DNA of 42,284 bases from Candidatus Stahliibacteriota bacterium CG08_land_8_20_14_0_20_40_26 (GCA_002774315.1 PEYP01000026.1:1-42284); one strand, 5' to 3'; counted from the stretch's first letter, positions 20,680-28,547 are shown. Numbers and translations: made by a program. Notes: generated by a model from the sequence alone, not told the origin.

Positions 20680-21642
20680 TTATAGGTCCTGTTTAACGAC
20701 ACCCATCCCCTGAAATTTCTCAATGCGCCTTTTTATGAGTTCCTCAACAGGTATCTCTGACAACCTATTAATCTCATCTAAAATGAAATCTTTAAGAATA
20801 GATGCCGCCTTCTTAGGGTCCCTGTGTGCTCCACCAGATGGCTCAGGTATCACCATATCAACCACACCCAGTTCAAAGAGGTCCTGGGCAGTAATCTTCA
20901 GCGCCTCTGCCGCATCAGGGGCTTTCGACGCATCCCTCCACAGTATTGATGCACATCCTTCGGGTGATATTACGGAATAATAAGCATACTGCATTATGGC
21001 AACGACATCACCAATACCTATTCCCAGTGCTCCACCACTTCCACCCTCGCCTGTGATGATGACAACTATGGGTGTAGGCAGATGTGCAAACTCTCTTATA
21101 TTTATCGCAATTGCCTGTGCTTGTCCCCTTTCCTCCGCACCTATTCCGGGATATGCTCCTGGTGTATCAACAAGCGATACTATGGGCTTTCCAAATTTTG
21201 CTGCAAATCTCGCCGCTTTTAACGCCTTTCTGTATCCCTCTGGATGTGCCATTCCAAAATTCCTCTTTATCTTCTCCTTCGTAGTCCTCCCCTTCTCTTG
21301 CCCAATAAGGAGAGTGGATTTGCCTTTTATTCTGGCAAGTCCACAGATAATTGCAGGGTCGTCTTTAAAGCATCCATCACCATGGATTTCAAAAAAATCG
21401 TCAGTAATGTACTTCACATAGTCCAGAAAATATGGTCTTGCAGGATGTCTCGCAAGTTGAACCCTCTGCCATCGTGTGAGGTTTCCGTATATCTCATCTC
21501 GCAGTTTCTTGAGTTTTTCCTCGAGACTGGCTATCTCATCTCTCAAATCTGCGACACCTTCTTGCTGAAACAGTTTCAGGTCTTCTATCTTCCGCTCCAA
21601 TTCTGCTATGGGCTTCTCAAATTCAAGAAATGTTCTATTCAT
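20680..21642 (-). CDS. accA: acetyl-CoA carboxylase carboxyltransferase subunit alpha
   Basis: 320 aa with the characteristic LDFEKPI-like N-terminus (FLEFEKPIAELE), VSLVDTPGAYPG and ITGEGGSGGALG. Confidence 0.92.
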   Translation of the reverse strand: MNRTFLEFEKPIAELERKIEDLKLFQQEGVADLRDEIASLEEKLKKLRDEIYGNLTRWQRVQLARHPARPYFLDYVKYITDDFFEIHGDGCFKDDPAIICGLARIKGKSTLLIGQEKGRTTKEKIKRNFGMAHPEGYRKALKAARFAAKFGKPIVSLVDTPGAYPGIGAEERGQAQAIAINIREFAHLPTPIVVIITGEGGSGGALGIGIGDVVAIMQYAYYSVISPEGCASILWRDASKAPDAAEALKITAQDLFELGVVDMVIPEPSGGAHRDPKKAASILKDFILDEINRLSEIPVEELIKRRIEKFQGMGVVKQDL

Positions 21643-21648
21643 CGCTCA

Positions 21649-21677
21649 AGTATACCACAAAATCCCAAAAAAGTCAA
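21649..21677 (-). promoter_or_regulatory. sigma70-type promoter for accA (predicts a leaderless mRNA)
   Basis: On the reverse strand: TTGACT, 17 nt, TGgTATACT. The -10 ends 6 nt before the accA ATG. Confidence 0.55.
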
Positions 21678-21698
21678 GTTTTTTGAATTATTTTTTCC

Positions 21699-21727
21699 TT
21701 GACTTTTGCTATAGTTAATGGTATAAT
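21699..21727 (+). promoter_or_regulatory. sigma70-type promoter for the LolA-like gene (and possibly the downstream co-oriented block)
   Basis: TTGACT, 17 nt, TGgTATAAT. Confidence 0.6.
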
Positions 21728-21873
21728 GTTTTAGGGCTTCGTAAAACTCAGCCCTTGATTATACCGATTAACATTGAGATTACGCGGATTAAAAAACCTC
21801 GTCGGGAATATCTATGTAATCTTTCCAAAACCTGTGTAATCAGGTATAATGAATATTATACCAGGAGGAACAA

Positions 21874-22776
21874 ATGAGAATCAATATATTTTGTTGGGTT
21901 ATGATCGCACCCTTTGTCCTTTCTGCTTCTTCAACAGTAGAGAAAATGACAGCCGAGAAAGTTATCCAGCATTCTGTGGCTAGCTATGAGAAGCAGATGA
22001 AGGGCGTGAAGGACATTACTATAGCCACTGATAGGGCTATAACTTATCAGAAATGGACAACTATCGAGGGAAAAACAATATGCAAAACTCGGCATGAAAT
22101 GGAGATAATGGGTAAAAAGTTTGTCACTATCTATGATGGTGTATACCAATGGGAACAAAATCCTGTGTTGGGTAAAGTGACAAAAGAAAAAATTGGCTAT
22201 AATCCCTATCAGACGATAGAAAATTTAAAGACTACTCCGGCCCAATATGGAGGAACCGAGCAGATTGATGGGCATAAAACCTATATCCTGGACATCAAAG
22301 ATATTACTAAACTAATAGGTTCTGCTAAACCGGAAGGGATGGAGAAAGTTAGGATCAGCGGTAAGCTTTGGGTGGATGCCAAAGATTGGGTTATCAGGAA
22401 GATGGAAATGGATATAGAAGGTGTGGATGAGAAAGGTCAAAAAATAACCGTAAAAACTACTACTGAAATGAAAGATTTCCGTAAGGTCAACGGCCTACTC
22501 ATTCCCTACCGTACTGTCATGACTATGGGTGGAGGGGTTCCAAAACTATCCCCAGAACAAGAACAAGAAATGCACGAAGGGTTAGCAGAAATGCAGAAAC
22601 AGTTGGAAGAAATGCCTCCTGAGCAGCGAAAGATGGCTGAGAAAATGATGAAACCGCAGATGGAAATGATGCAAAAAGCTCTTGGTGGAGGTGGAGAAAC
22701 CACCGAGGTTAAGAAGGTAACAATCAACACAGGGCTTTCAGATAACCTATTCGACGGGAGCAAGCTAAAACAATAA
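21874..22776 (+). CDS. LolA-fold outer-membrane lipoprotein-sorting-like protein with a Met/Gln/Glu-rich tail
   Basis: It has a signal peptide and a beta-rich body resembling the outer membrane lipoprotein-sorting protein family. The C-terminus is low complexity (EQEQEMHEGLAEMQKQLEEMPPEQRKMAEKMMKPQMEMMQK). Confidence 0.5.
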   Translation: MRINIFCWVMIAPFVLSASSTVEKMTAEKVIQHSVASYEKQMKGVKDITIATDRAITYQKWTTIEGKTICKTRHEMEIMGKKFVTIYDGVYQWEQNPVLGKVTKEKIGYNPYQTIENLKTTPAQYGGTEQIDGHKTYILDIKDITKLIGSAKPEGMEKVRISGKLWVDAKDWVIRKMEMDIEGVDEKGQKITVKTTTEMKDFRKVNGLLIPYRTVMTMGGGVPKLSPEQEQEMHEGLAEMQKQLEEMPPEQRKMAEKMMKPQMEMMQKALGGGGETTEVKKVTINTGLSDNLFDGSKLKQ

Positions 22777-22810
22777 TTCCACCTAGTAGGTATGTAATAG
22801 GCTCAATTTC

Positions 22811-22885
22811 AGCTAACAACATGTTTGCGACGCTTCGCTAAATCCCTTTGGCAACTTCTTTTATCCTCGATACGTTAGCAGAAAT
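22811..22885 (+). repeat. attC-like imperfect palindrome
   Basis: AGCTAAC (22811) and GTTAGCA (22874) are complementary ends about 70 bp apart. The 3' box reads CGATACGTTAGCAGAAAT. Confidence 0.45.
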
Positions 22886-22969
22886 ATTACTCGGGACACT
22901 CCTAATTATGAAAGAAAGGCAAAAAATTTATAAAGTTCCATAATTTATAGCTAAAAGGAGGGTGTAAAA

Positions 22970-24679
22970 ATGGAATATCGCAGCGTCGATGAATTGGTTA
23001 GAAAGCTATCGCTTCTAAACAAGGTTGAGTCAACCAAAAAATTAACAGAGTTTTATGCAAAAGCAAGGTTTCAAATAAGACCAGAAGAATTCGATAGAAA
23101 GTACGTTGATGGAAGAGATGATGGTGGTATAGATTTCTATTATAATGAGGATACTAATTTCTTTATCTTTCAGACGAAGTTTACTGAGAGCCCGAAAAGA
23201 ACAAGTACATCTGAGATATTTAATGAAATCAGAAAACTAAAAAATACTCTGACTAATGAAAACCCGAATAGAAGAGCTAATGATTTCGTAAATTCATTAA
23301 GAAGAGAAACCGGAAATAAAGACGCTATTCTTGAAATATTATGGCTAACCACGAATATAGTAAAACCGTCCGTAAGGGAAGAGATACAAAAAGATTTAGA
23401 CGAATGGAGAAAAGAGAATGGTTGGTCGCTTGTTATTGACTTTGTCGCTATCGACAAATATGCTATAGAGAGTACAATTTATGATGTGAAACATGGCTAT
23501 ATTCCTTATACTGGCAAGAAAATATTAAAATTGCAAGAAGGAGAGTGGATAGAGAGCGAATGGGAAGAAACTCGTGTGTATTCTATTATTTGCTCAGTAG
23601 ATATTAATGATATTCTAGAATGGTTCCGTAATTCTGATGAAATAGATAGATTTCTACAGAAAAATGTTAGAGAATTTCTTGGTGAAGCTACCAAGATAAA
23701 TAAGGCAATCGCAAGATCCTATTCAGATGCCCCAACTTGGTTTTGGTATAAGCATAATGGCATCATCATTTTTGCAGATAATGTATATCTCGACAAAACA
23801 AGAAGTGAACTTGTTTTAAGAAATCCACAAGTAGTAAATGGTGGTCAAACATTAAAAGCCTTATTTTCTGCCTACGATAAAAATAATCGAAGAGGTAGTC
23901 CAGCAAAGATTATGCTTAGGATATACAGATTACCTTACGAGGATACTAAAACCTACAAAAGAAGTATCGAGATAATAGCTGCGCTAAATTCTCAGCATCA
24001 AATTAGAGCTTCAGATCTAAAATCGACCGATCCAAGACAAGTTAGATTAGAACAATTATTTGAGAATCTCGGTGCTGGTTATAAATACCTGCGAAAGAGA
24101 TCTAAAGAAGCAAAAAGCACCAGATATTCCATTACAATGAGGAATCTCGCTCTAAGATATTATGTTTGTGAGAAAACCGTACCCCATGAAGGTGTAAGAG
24201 GAAATGTTGAAGAGCTATTCGAGGAAGATAGCAAGTATGATTACGTCTTTAATGAAAAAGCGATTAATAGAGATATGGCTAATAATCACATAATAATCAA
24301 TTATGTTACTACGTGGGCCATCGATCAAATACTGAAAAAAGTAGATATGCCAAAAAGAGATGAAGAATTTTTCCCATACACAAAGTGGTTTGTTCTTGTA
24401 GATATGTATAATAAACTAATGGAATGGAAGCAGAAGAAATTTGAACTAGGTTGGCAAAGTTGGATTAACTTTATAGAAAAACCTCAATTTGAGAAGGGGA
24501 TCTCAGATTACGCCCACAAAGCTTTTAGAATAGGTAGAGAAATTATACCTGCATACGAAGAAGCGAAAGGTTTCTTTAGATCGAAAGATGCGGTGAGGAA
24601 ATTTTCTTCTAAGACAGGTAAACGAAATTTTGAATCTTCAATTAATAAAGCATATACTATATCTAAGGATGATCTATAA
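22970..24679 (+). CDS. AIPR-family abortive-infection protein with an N-terminal PD-(D/E)xK-like module
   Basis: The N-terminus reads DGRDDGGIDFYY...FFIFQTKF, an Mrr-like D...QxK pattern. The central part reads KHNGIIIF...VVNGGQTL, which matches the NNGITI/IVNGxQT hallmark of AIPR proteins. The RBS is AAGGAGGG. Confidence 0.75.
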   Translation: MEYRSVDELVRKLSLLNKVESTKKLTEFYAKARFQIRPEEFDRKYVDGRDDGGIDFYYNEDTNFFIFQTKFTESPKRTSTSEIFNEIRKLKNTLTNENPNRRANDFVNSLRRETGNKDAILEILWLTTNIVKPSVREEIQKDLDEWRKENGWSLVIDFVAIDKYAIESTIYDVKHGYIPYTGKKILKLQEGEWIESEWEETRVYSIICSVDINDILEWFRNSDEIDRFLQKNVREFLGEATKINKAIARSYSDAPTWFWYKHNGIIIFADNVYLDKTRSELVLRNPQVVNGGQTLKALFSAYDKNNRRGSPAKIMLRIYRLPYEDTKTYKRSIEIIAALNSQHQIRASDLKSTDPRQVRLEQLFENLGAGYKYLRKRSKEAKSTRYSITMRNLALRYYVCEKTVPHEGVRGNVEELFEEDSKYDYVFNEKAINRDMANNHIIINYVTTWAIDQILKKVDMPKRDEEFFPYTKWFVLVDMYNKLMEWKQKKFELGWQSWINFIEKPQFEKGISDYAHKAFRIGREIIPAYEEAKGFFRSKDAVRKFSSKTGKRNFESSINKAYTISKDDL

Positions 24680-24717
24680 GAGATAAACATTAGGCGACAT
24701 TTTAGGGAGGTGAACAC

Positions 24718-25158
24718 ATGAGAATATATCAAACCATTAGATTCCAAGGAGCAAGAAACACAACTCAGGAAAACGCCTTGATAGATACTGGAGCAGATAT
24801 ATCCATAATACCATTAAAGTTAGCTGTGATGATTGGTGCATGGCGCACGGATCAAACGATAAATATCAGTGGTGTCCATGGGCAAAGCAGAACATTACCA
24901 CTTGGGGTTGCACACATTTACTTTCCATCCTTAAGTGAAATGGGTGGGCGATTCGTTATTGCTATAAGTGACATAGAACAAAAGCCTATAATTGGTATGG
25001 ATATACTAAGACCTCTTGGAATTAACATTGATACTAGAACCCATCAGCTATCAGTAAGAAATGAACTTTGGGAAGCTTTCAAAACTTTGTCTGGCGTGGG
25101 TGTTTTAACCTTTGTGGGGATAAAGATATTGGAGTCAGTTTTCGAGGAGAAACGATGA
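24718..25158 (+). CDS. retropepsin-like (clan AA) aspartic protease, single domain
   Basis: It has the catalytic ALIDTGADISIIP (D-T-G-A) motif and the IIGMDILRPLG motif. It has a hydrophobic C-terminal helix (GVGVLTFVGIKIL). The RBS is AGGGAGG. It starts 38 nt after the AIPR stop. Confidence 0.75.
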   Translation: MRIYQTIRFQGARNTTQENALIDTGADISIIPLKLAVMIGAWRTDQTINISGVHGQSRTLPLGVAHIYFPSLSEMGGRFVIAISDIEQKPIIGMDILRPLGINIDTRTHQLSVRNELWEAFKTLSGVGVLTFVGIKILESVFEEKR

Positions 25159-25167
25159 ATGCCAAAA

Positions 25168-25280
25168 CGTCGCCTAACACATATTAAAGGCGATTTGTCC
25201 CACCTATCTACCTGTCGCTTGCCTACCGTCAGGCAGGATAGACAGGAAAAATGGTGGGCAGGCAAGAAAAAAGGTTAGTG
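25168..25280 (+). repeat. attC-like element carrying a nested palindrome insertion
   Basis: It starts with TCGCCTAACACATATTAAAGGCGATTTGTCCC (GCCTAAC at 25172). A CCTGCC-type palindrome block is inserted at 25201-25246. GTTAGTG is at 25274. Confidence 0.4.
25201..25246. repeat. compound REP-like palindrome nested in an attC-like element
   Basis: CACCTATCTACCTGTCGCTTGCCTACCGTCAGGCAGGATAGACAGG. Confidence 0.75.
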
Positions 25281-25424
25281 AATAGTAAATGGTGAATAGT
25301 GAATAGTCGTGGGAAAGGATTTGCGGTTTTTTATAAGGGAATACTGCTTATACTTTCGCAGCAGTAAGTGCAAACAACAGACAGGGTTTCTACAACATAA
25401 ATTGATTTTACGCCGAAGGCGTAC

Positions 25425-25544
25425 CTCGAGACACGCAAGAAATTATCTTGACGCCTTTTAATTATTATCACGGACTTTGCAGCTCACTACGTTCGCCCAA
25501 ATGCTTCGCACTTCGCAAAGCCCGATGACATTATCTGAAATTTT
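25425..25544 (+). repeat. degenerate 3' box followed by a family-1 attC-like element
   Basis: CTCGAGACACGCAAGAAATT is at 25425-25444. It is followed by TCTTGAC...CTTTGC(25475)/GCAAAG(25515) stem...CGATGACATTATCTGAAATT. Confidence 0.4.
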
Positions 25545-25548
25545 GCCG

Positions 25549-26280
25549 ATGAAATATAATATGGATAATCAGGAAAAATATAAAAGGTATGTCGCACATT
25601 TTGATATGTTGGGTTTTAAGAATGCAACCTTGAGAAACCCTGATGAAGCTTGGAAAGCATTAAGCAGTTTACGAGCTTGTATGGATAGAGTGTTAGAATT
25701 ACATATTAAAGTTCTATCTACAAATGAGATTATATCAAATAGAATAAAGGCTTATATCTTTTCTGATAGTATCTTAATCTTCACTTTAAGAGACGAACCC
25801 AAAGACCTCATCTCGATGTTAGTTCTAACTTCTCAGATTTTTGCAGATTCATTACATGCTTGTATTCCACTTAGAGGAGGCATTTCCTATGGTGATTTTT
25901 TCTTTAATCTAGACTTACATCTTTTTTGTGGTACTCCTTTTGTTAAAGCCTATGAGATTGGAGAAATGGTCCAATGGTCTGGAATTGTTGTAGATAAGGC
26001 TGTTGCTGAACACTATCAAAAAAATCCATTTCCCAAGTCTCGTGGTAGTCCAATCATCATACAATGGGATGTTCCAGTTAAGCCTTATGGCAAAAAGAAG
26101 TTTTGGGTCGTTAATTGGTCCGTTATTTTTAGGCGTAATTTTAAGAAAGAGCTACCAATTTCTGTTCAAGATTATTACGAAGCTTTTAAAAGCCTTTTTG
26201 GCCCTTATGAAAATTTGCCTGCCGATGTCAAAGCTAAATATGAGAATACCGTTAATTTTATAAATTCCAATTTAGGTTGA
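25549..26280 (+). CDS. hypothetical protein with a class III nucleotidyl-cyclase-like (palm) motif pattern
   Basis: The motifs occur in the order and spacing of class III cyclase domains: VAHFDMLGF (F-x-D-x-x-GF), then about 45 aa, then KAYIFSDSILIF, then about 25 aa, then PLRGGISYGDFFF, then GTPFVKAYEIGEMVQWSGIVV. The start is uncertain (ATG 25549 or 25561, no clear RBS). The ORF-track TTG at 25477 lies inside a repeat. Confidence 0.45.
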   Translation: MKYNMDNQEKYKRYVAHFDMLGFKNATLRNPDEAWKALSSLRACMDRVLELHIKVLSTNEIISNRIKAYIFSDSILIFTLRDEPKDLISMLVLTSQIFADSLHACIPLRGGISYGDFFFNLDLHLFCGTPFVKAYEIGEMVQWSGIVVDKAVAEHYQKNPFPKSRGSPIIIQWDVPVKPYGKKKFWVVNWSVIFRRNFKKELPISVQDYYEAFKSLFGPYENLPADVKAKYENTVNFINSNLG

Positions 26281-26311
26281 AAATCAAATTTATAGCAATC
26301 GGCAAAACTTC

Positions 26312-26390
26312 GTTTGACACACTGTTTGTGGCTCACTTTGTTCGCCCAAACCCTTTGGGTTTCACAAACAGCGATACCGTTATATGAAAT
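26312..26390 (+). repeat. family-1 attC-like element
   Basis: GTTTGAC starts the element. The outer stem is CTGTTTGTG (26322) / CACAAACAG (26363). The inner stem is CCCAAA/TTTGGG. The 3' box is CGATACCGTTATATGAAAT. Confidence 0.45.
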
Positions 26391-26418
26391 GCTAACAAAA
26401 TAGAAAAGGAGGAAATTT

Positions 26419-27084
26419 ATGAATCAAGTAAATCGGCCACAAAAGGCTCTACGGCGTTCGATCAGCGAGCACTACCTCGACTCGGAGGGAAATAAACAGA
26501 TTCGGGGAAGTAGTACTGACTTTGAGACGTTACCCATCCGTGTCTCTGGAGCAATACTGGATATCCCTGGCGTTGAGCAGAACAAGGAATTAAGAGAGTG
26601 GATAGGATATGCGGCTGTTTACTATGACACAGGTGAGTACGAGAAGGCACTTCACTATCTTACTCAGTCGCTAATGATAGAGCCTGCTCTTGAGCCATAT
26701 TTCTTTTACTATATGAGAGTGTGTAAGGGTGTTCTCGCGGTTCCACTAAGAAGAGATGAAGTGCTATACGAGGCGAAGCTTGTTCGATATTACGCTCTTC
26801 CAAAGTGGCTCAAATGGACAATGCTCGGTTTCGAATTCCGCTTACGGTGTAAGTGGTGTGGTCGGTATACTCCATACATCGATCCAAACGTACCAACATT
26901 CGGGTTCAGTACTTCCGCTAACTCCTGTATGTCTTGCGGTCGAATGTATCCTATGCCGTCTTGGATGTGGGATAGCCCCGACGGACGTGCCTACAGCTAC
27001 TACCGCATGTCCTTCAGTGATGAGAAATTCTACAAGGAATTTGAGCGAGACTACGACCCAAAGCCACTGTGCCAACATAAATGA
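26419..27084 (+). CDS. hypothetical TPR-like plus Cys4 zinc-ribbon protein
   Basis: It has a TPR-like helix pair (YYDTGEYEKALHYLTQSLMIEP) and a CKWCGRY...CMSCGRMY ribbon. The RBS is AAGGAGG. It looks more GC-rich than its neighbours. Confidence 0.6.
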   Translation: MNQVNRPQKALRRSISEHYLDSEGNKQIRGSSTDFETLPIRVSGAILDIPGVEQNKELREWIGYAAVYYDTGEYEKALHYLTQSLMIEPALEPYFFYYMRVCKGVLAVPLRRDEVLYEAKLVRYYALPKWLKWTMLGFEFRLRCKWCGRYTPYIDPNVPTFGFSTSANSCMSCGRMYPMPSWMWDSPDGRAYSYYRMSFSDEKFYKEFERDYDPKPLCQHK

Positions 27085-27112
27085 AAATAGTGAAAAAATG
27101 GTGAAAAAAAAT

Positions 27113-27320
27113 GGGGTCAGGCTGAAAAATAGAAATAACTTTTGAGGAAATTAAAGATAAAACTGAATAATACCTGCCTACCCTGCCTACCGGCAGGCAG
27201 GCGGCAGGCAGGTTTGTAGATTGGGAGAAAACCGAAGATAGAATATCTTGAAGAGCAAAAACTACAACCTATATAATCAAAGTTAGGATTTTAGTTATTT
27301 CTATTTTTCAGCCTGACCCC
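27113..27320. mobile_element. 208-bp MITE-like element with perfect 28-bp terminal inverted repeats
   Basis: GGGGTCAGGCTGAAAAATAGAAATAACT (27113-27140) is the exact reverse complement of 27293-27320. The interior carries a CCTGCCTACCGGCAGGCAGG block (27172-27213). Confidence 0.6.
27172..27213. repeat. compound REP-like palindrome nested in the MITE-like element
   Basis: ACCTGCCTACCCTGCCTACCGGCAGGCAGGCGGCAGGCAGGT. Confidence 0.75.
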
Positions 27321-27344
27321 AATAAAAGAGGGAGGTGGACAAAA

Positions 27345-28373
27345 ATGAGAGCAATGGTATTGAATAAGATATGCAATCTCAAGGAAAATAAGAGACCGCT
27401 CGAGTTGGTAAATCTTCCCAAACCTGTTCCGAAAGAGAGAGAAATTTTAGTAAAAGTTTCGGCATGTGGTGTCTGTCACACAGAATTGGATGAAATTGAA
27501 GGAAGAACGCCACCGCCCCGGCTTCCAGTTGTTTTGGGTCACCAGGTCGTTGGAAGGGTGGAGAAATGCGGCGGTAAAGCAGGCAAGTTTAAAATTGGAG
27601 ATAGGGTTGGGATAGCTTGGATTTATTCAGCATGCGGAAGATGCAAATTCTGTCTTGAAGGCAATGAAAATTTATGTGAAAATTTTAAAGCAACCGGTAG
27701 GGATGCCAACGGAGGGTATGCGGAGTATATTACCGTTTTAGAAGATTTTGCCTTTAAGATTCCCGATGAATTCTCCGATTCAGAAGCAGCTCCCCTTCTA
27801 TGCGCCGGAGCCATTGGCTACCGGTCACTGCGATTAACCGAGATCAAAGATGGGCAAAATCTGGGACTTACCGGATTTGGGGCTTCTGCCCACCTTGTAA
27901 TTAAGATGGTAAGACACAAATATCCAAACTCTAAAGTCTTCGTATTTGCAAGGAGTGAACAAGAAAGAAATTTTGCTAAAGAACTTGGAGCTATTTGGGT
28001 GGGAGACACTCAAGATAAACCGCCCGAAAAACTGGATTGCGTGATTGACACCACACCGGTCTGGAAGCCAGTAATAGAAGCTTTGAAGAATTTAGAAAGC
28101 GGGGGAAGACTTGTTATTAATGCAATTCGCAAAGAAGAGATAGACAAGGAATATCTTTTAAAGTTAGATTATCCAACTCATCTCTGGCATGAAAAAGAGA
28201 TAAAGAGTGTAGCCAATGTGGGTAGAAGAGATGTCAGCGAATTTTTGAAACTGGCTGCTGAAATTCCCATTAAACCCGAAGTTCAGGAATTTTCACTAAA
28301 AGAGGCAAATAAGGCATTGCTCGAGCTCAAAGAGAGAAAAATTCGGGGAGCGAAGGTATTAAGAATTGATTGA
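27345..28373 (+). CDS. zinc-dependent alcohol dehydrogenase family oxidoreductase
   Basis: It has GVCHTELDEIEG (catalytic zinc site), the structural-zinc cysteine cluster CGRCKFCLEGNENLC, and a Rossmann GLTGFGASAH motif. Confidence 0.85.
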   Translation: MRAMVLNKICNLKENKRPLELVNLPKPVPKEREILVKVSACGVCHTELDEIEGRTPPPRLPVVLGHQVVGRVEKCGGKAGKFKIGDRVGIAWIYSACGRCKFCLEGNENLCENFKATGRDANGGYAEYITVLEDFAFKIPDEFSDSEAAPLLCAGAIGYRSLRLTEIKDGQNLGLTGFGASAHLVIKMVRHKYPNSKVFVFARSEQERNFAKELGAIWVGDTQDKPPEKLDCVIDTTPVWKPVIEALKNLESGGRLVINAIRKEEIDKEYLLKLDYPTHLWHEKEIKSVANVGRRDVSEFLKLAAEIPIKPEVQEFSLKEANKALLELKERKIRGAKVLRID

Positions 28374-28385
28374 GTTAAAAGAAGG

Positions 28386-28517
28386 TCTTGACGCCTTTCC
28401 TGTCTGTCGGCAGATAGGTAATTATTATCAGCGTGGTTGCGGTTCGCCCCTTCGGGGCTCACCAAAATGCTCGCTATTGCTCGCACTTCGCAAACACGCG
28501 AGACGTTAGGAGAAATT
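28386..28517 (+). repeat. family-1 attC-like element with a nested palindrome insertion
   Basis: It starts with TCTTGACGCCTTT, followed by an insertion at 28399-28418 and then TAATTATTATCA. The stem is GCGTGGTTGCG / CGCAAACACGC with one mismatch. The inner hairpin is GCCCCTTCGGGGC. The 3' box is CGAGACGTTAGGAGAAATT. Confidence 0.45.
28399..28418. repeat. REP-like palindrome (CCTGTC...GATAGG variant)
   Basis: CCTGTCTGTCGGCAGATAGG interrupts a sequence that is contiguous in the homologous copy at 25446-25470. Confidence 0.7.
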
Positions 28518-28547
28518 GGCTGGTATGTTGAGGAGGTAGATGTCTAA

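Noticed and set aside
24680-24717. ATTAGGC between the AIPR and protease genes as an attC R' site, which would split them into separate cassettes
   Set aside because: The spacer is only 38 nt. There is no partner xCTAAC or stem within the AIPR 3' end, and the rest of the spacer is RBS. The two genes are better read as one unit.
25446-25470. TCTTGACGCC...TATTATCA as a promoter (also at 28386)
   Set aside because: No -10 hexamer lies at 16-18 nt from TTGACG. In the 28386 copy a 20-bp palindrome is inserted between the two parts. I therefore treat it as part of the repeat family, not a promoter.
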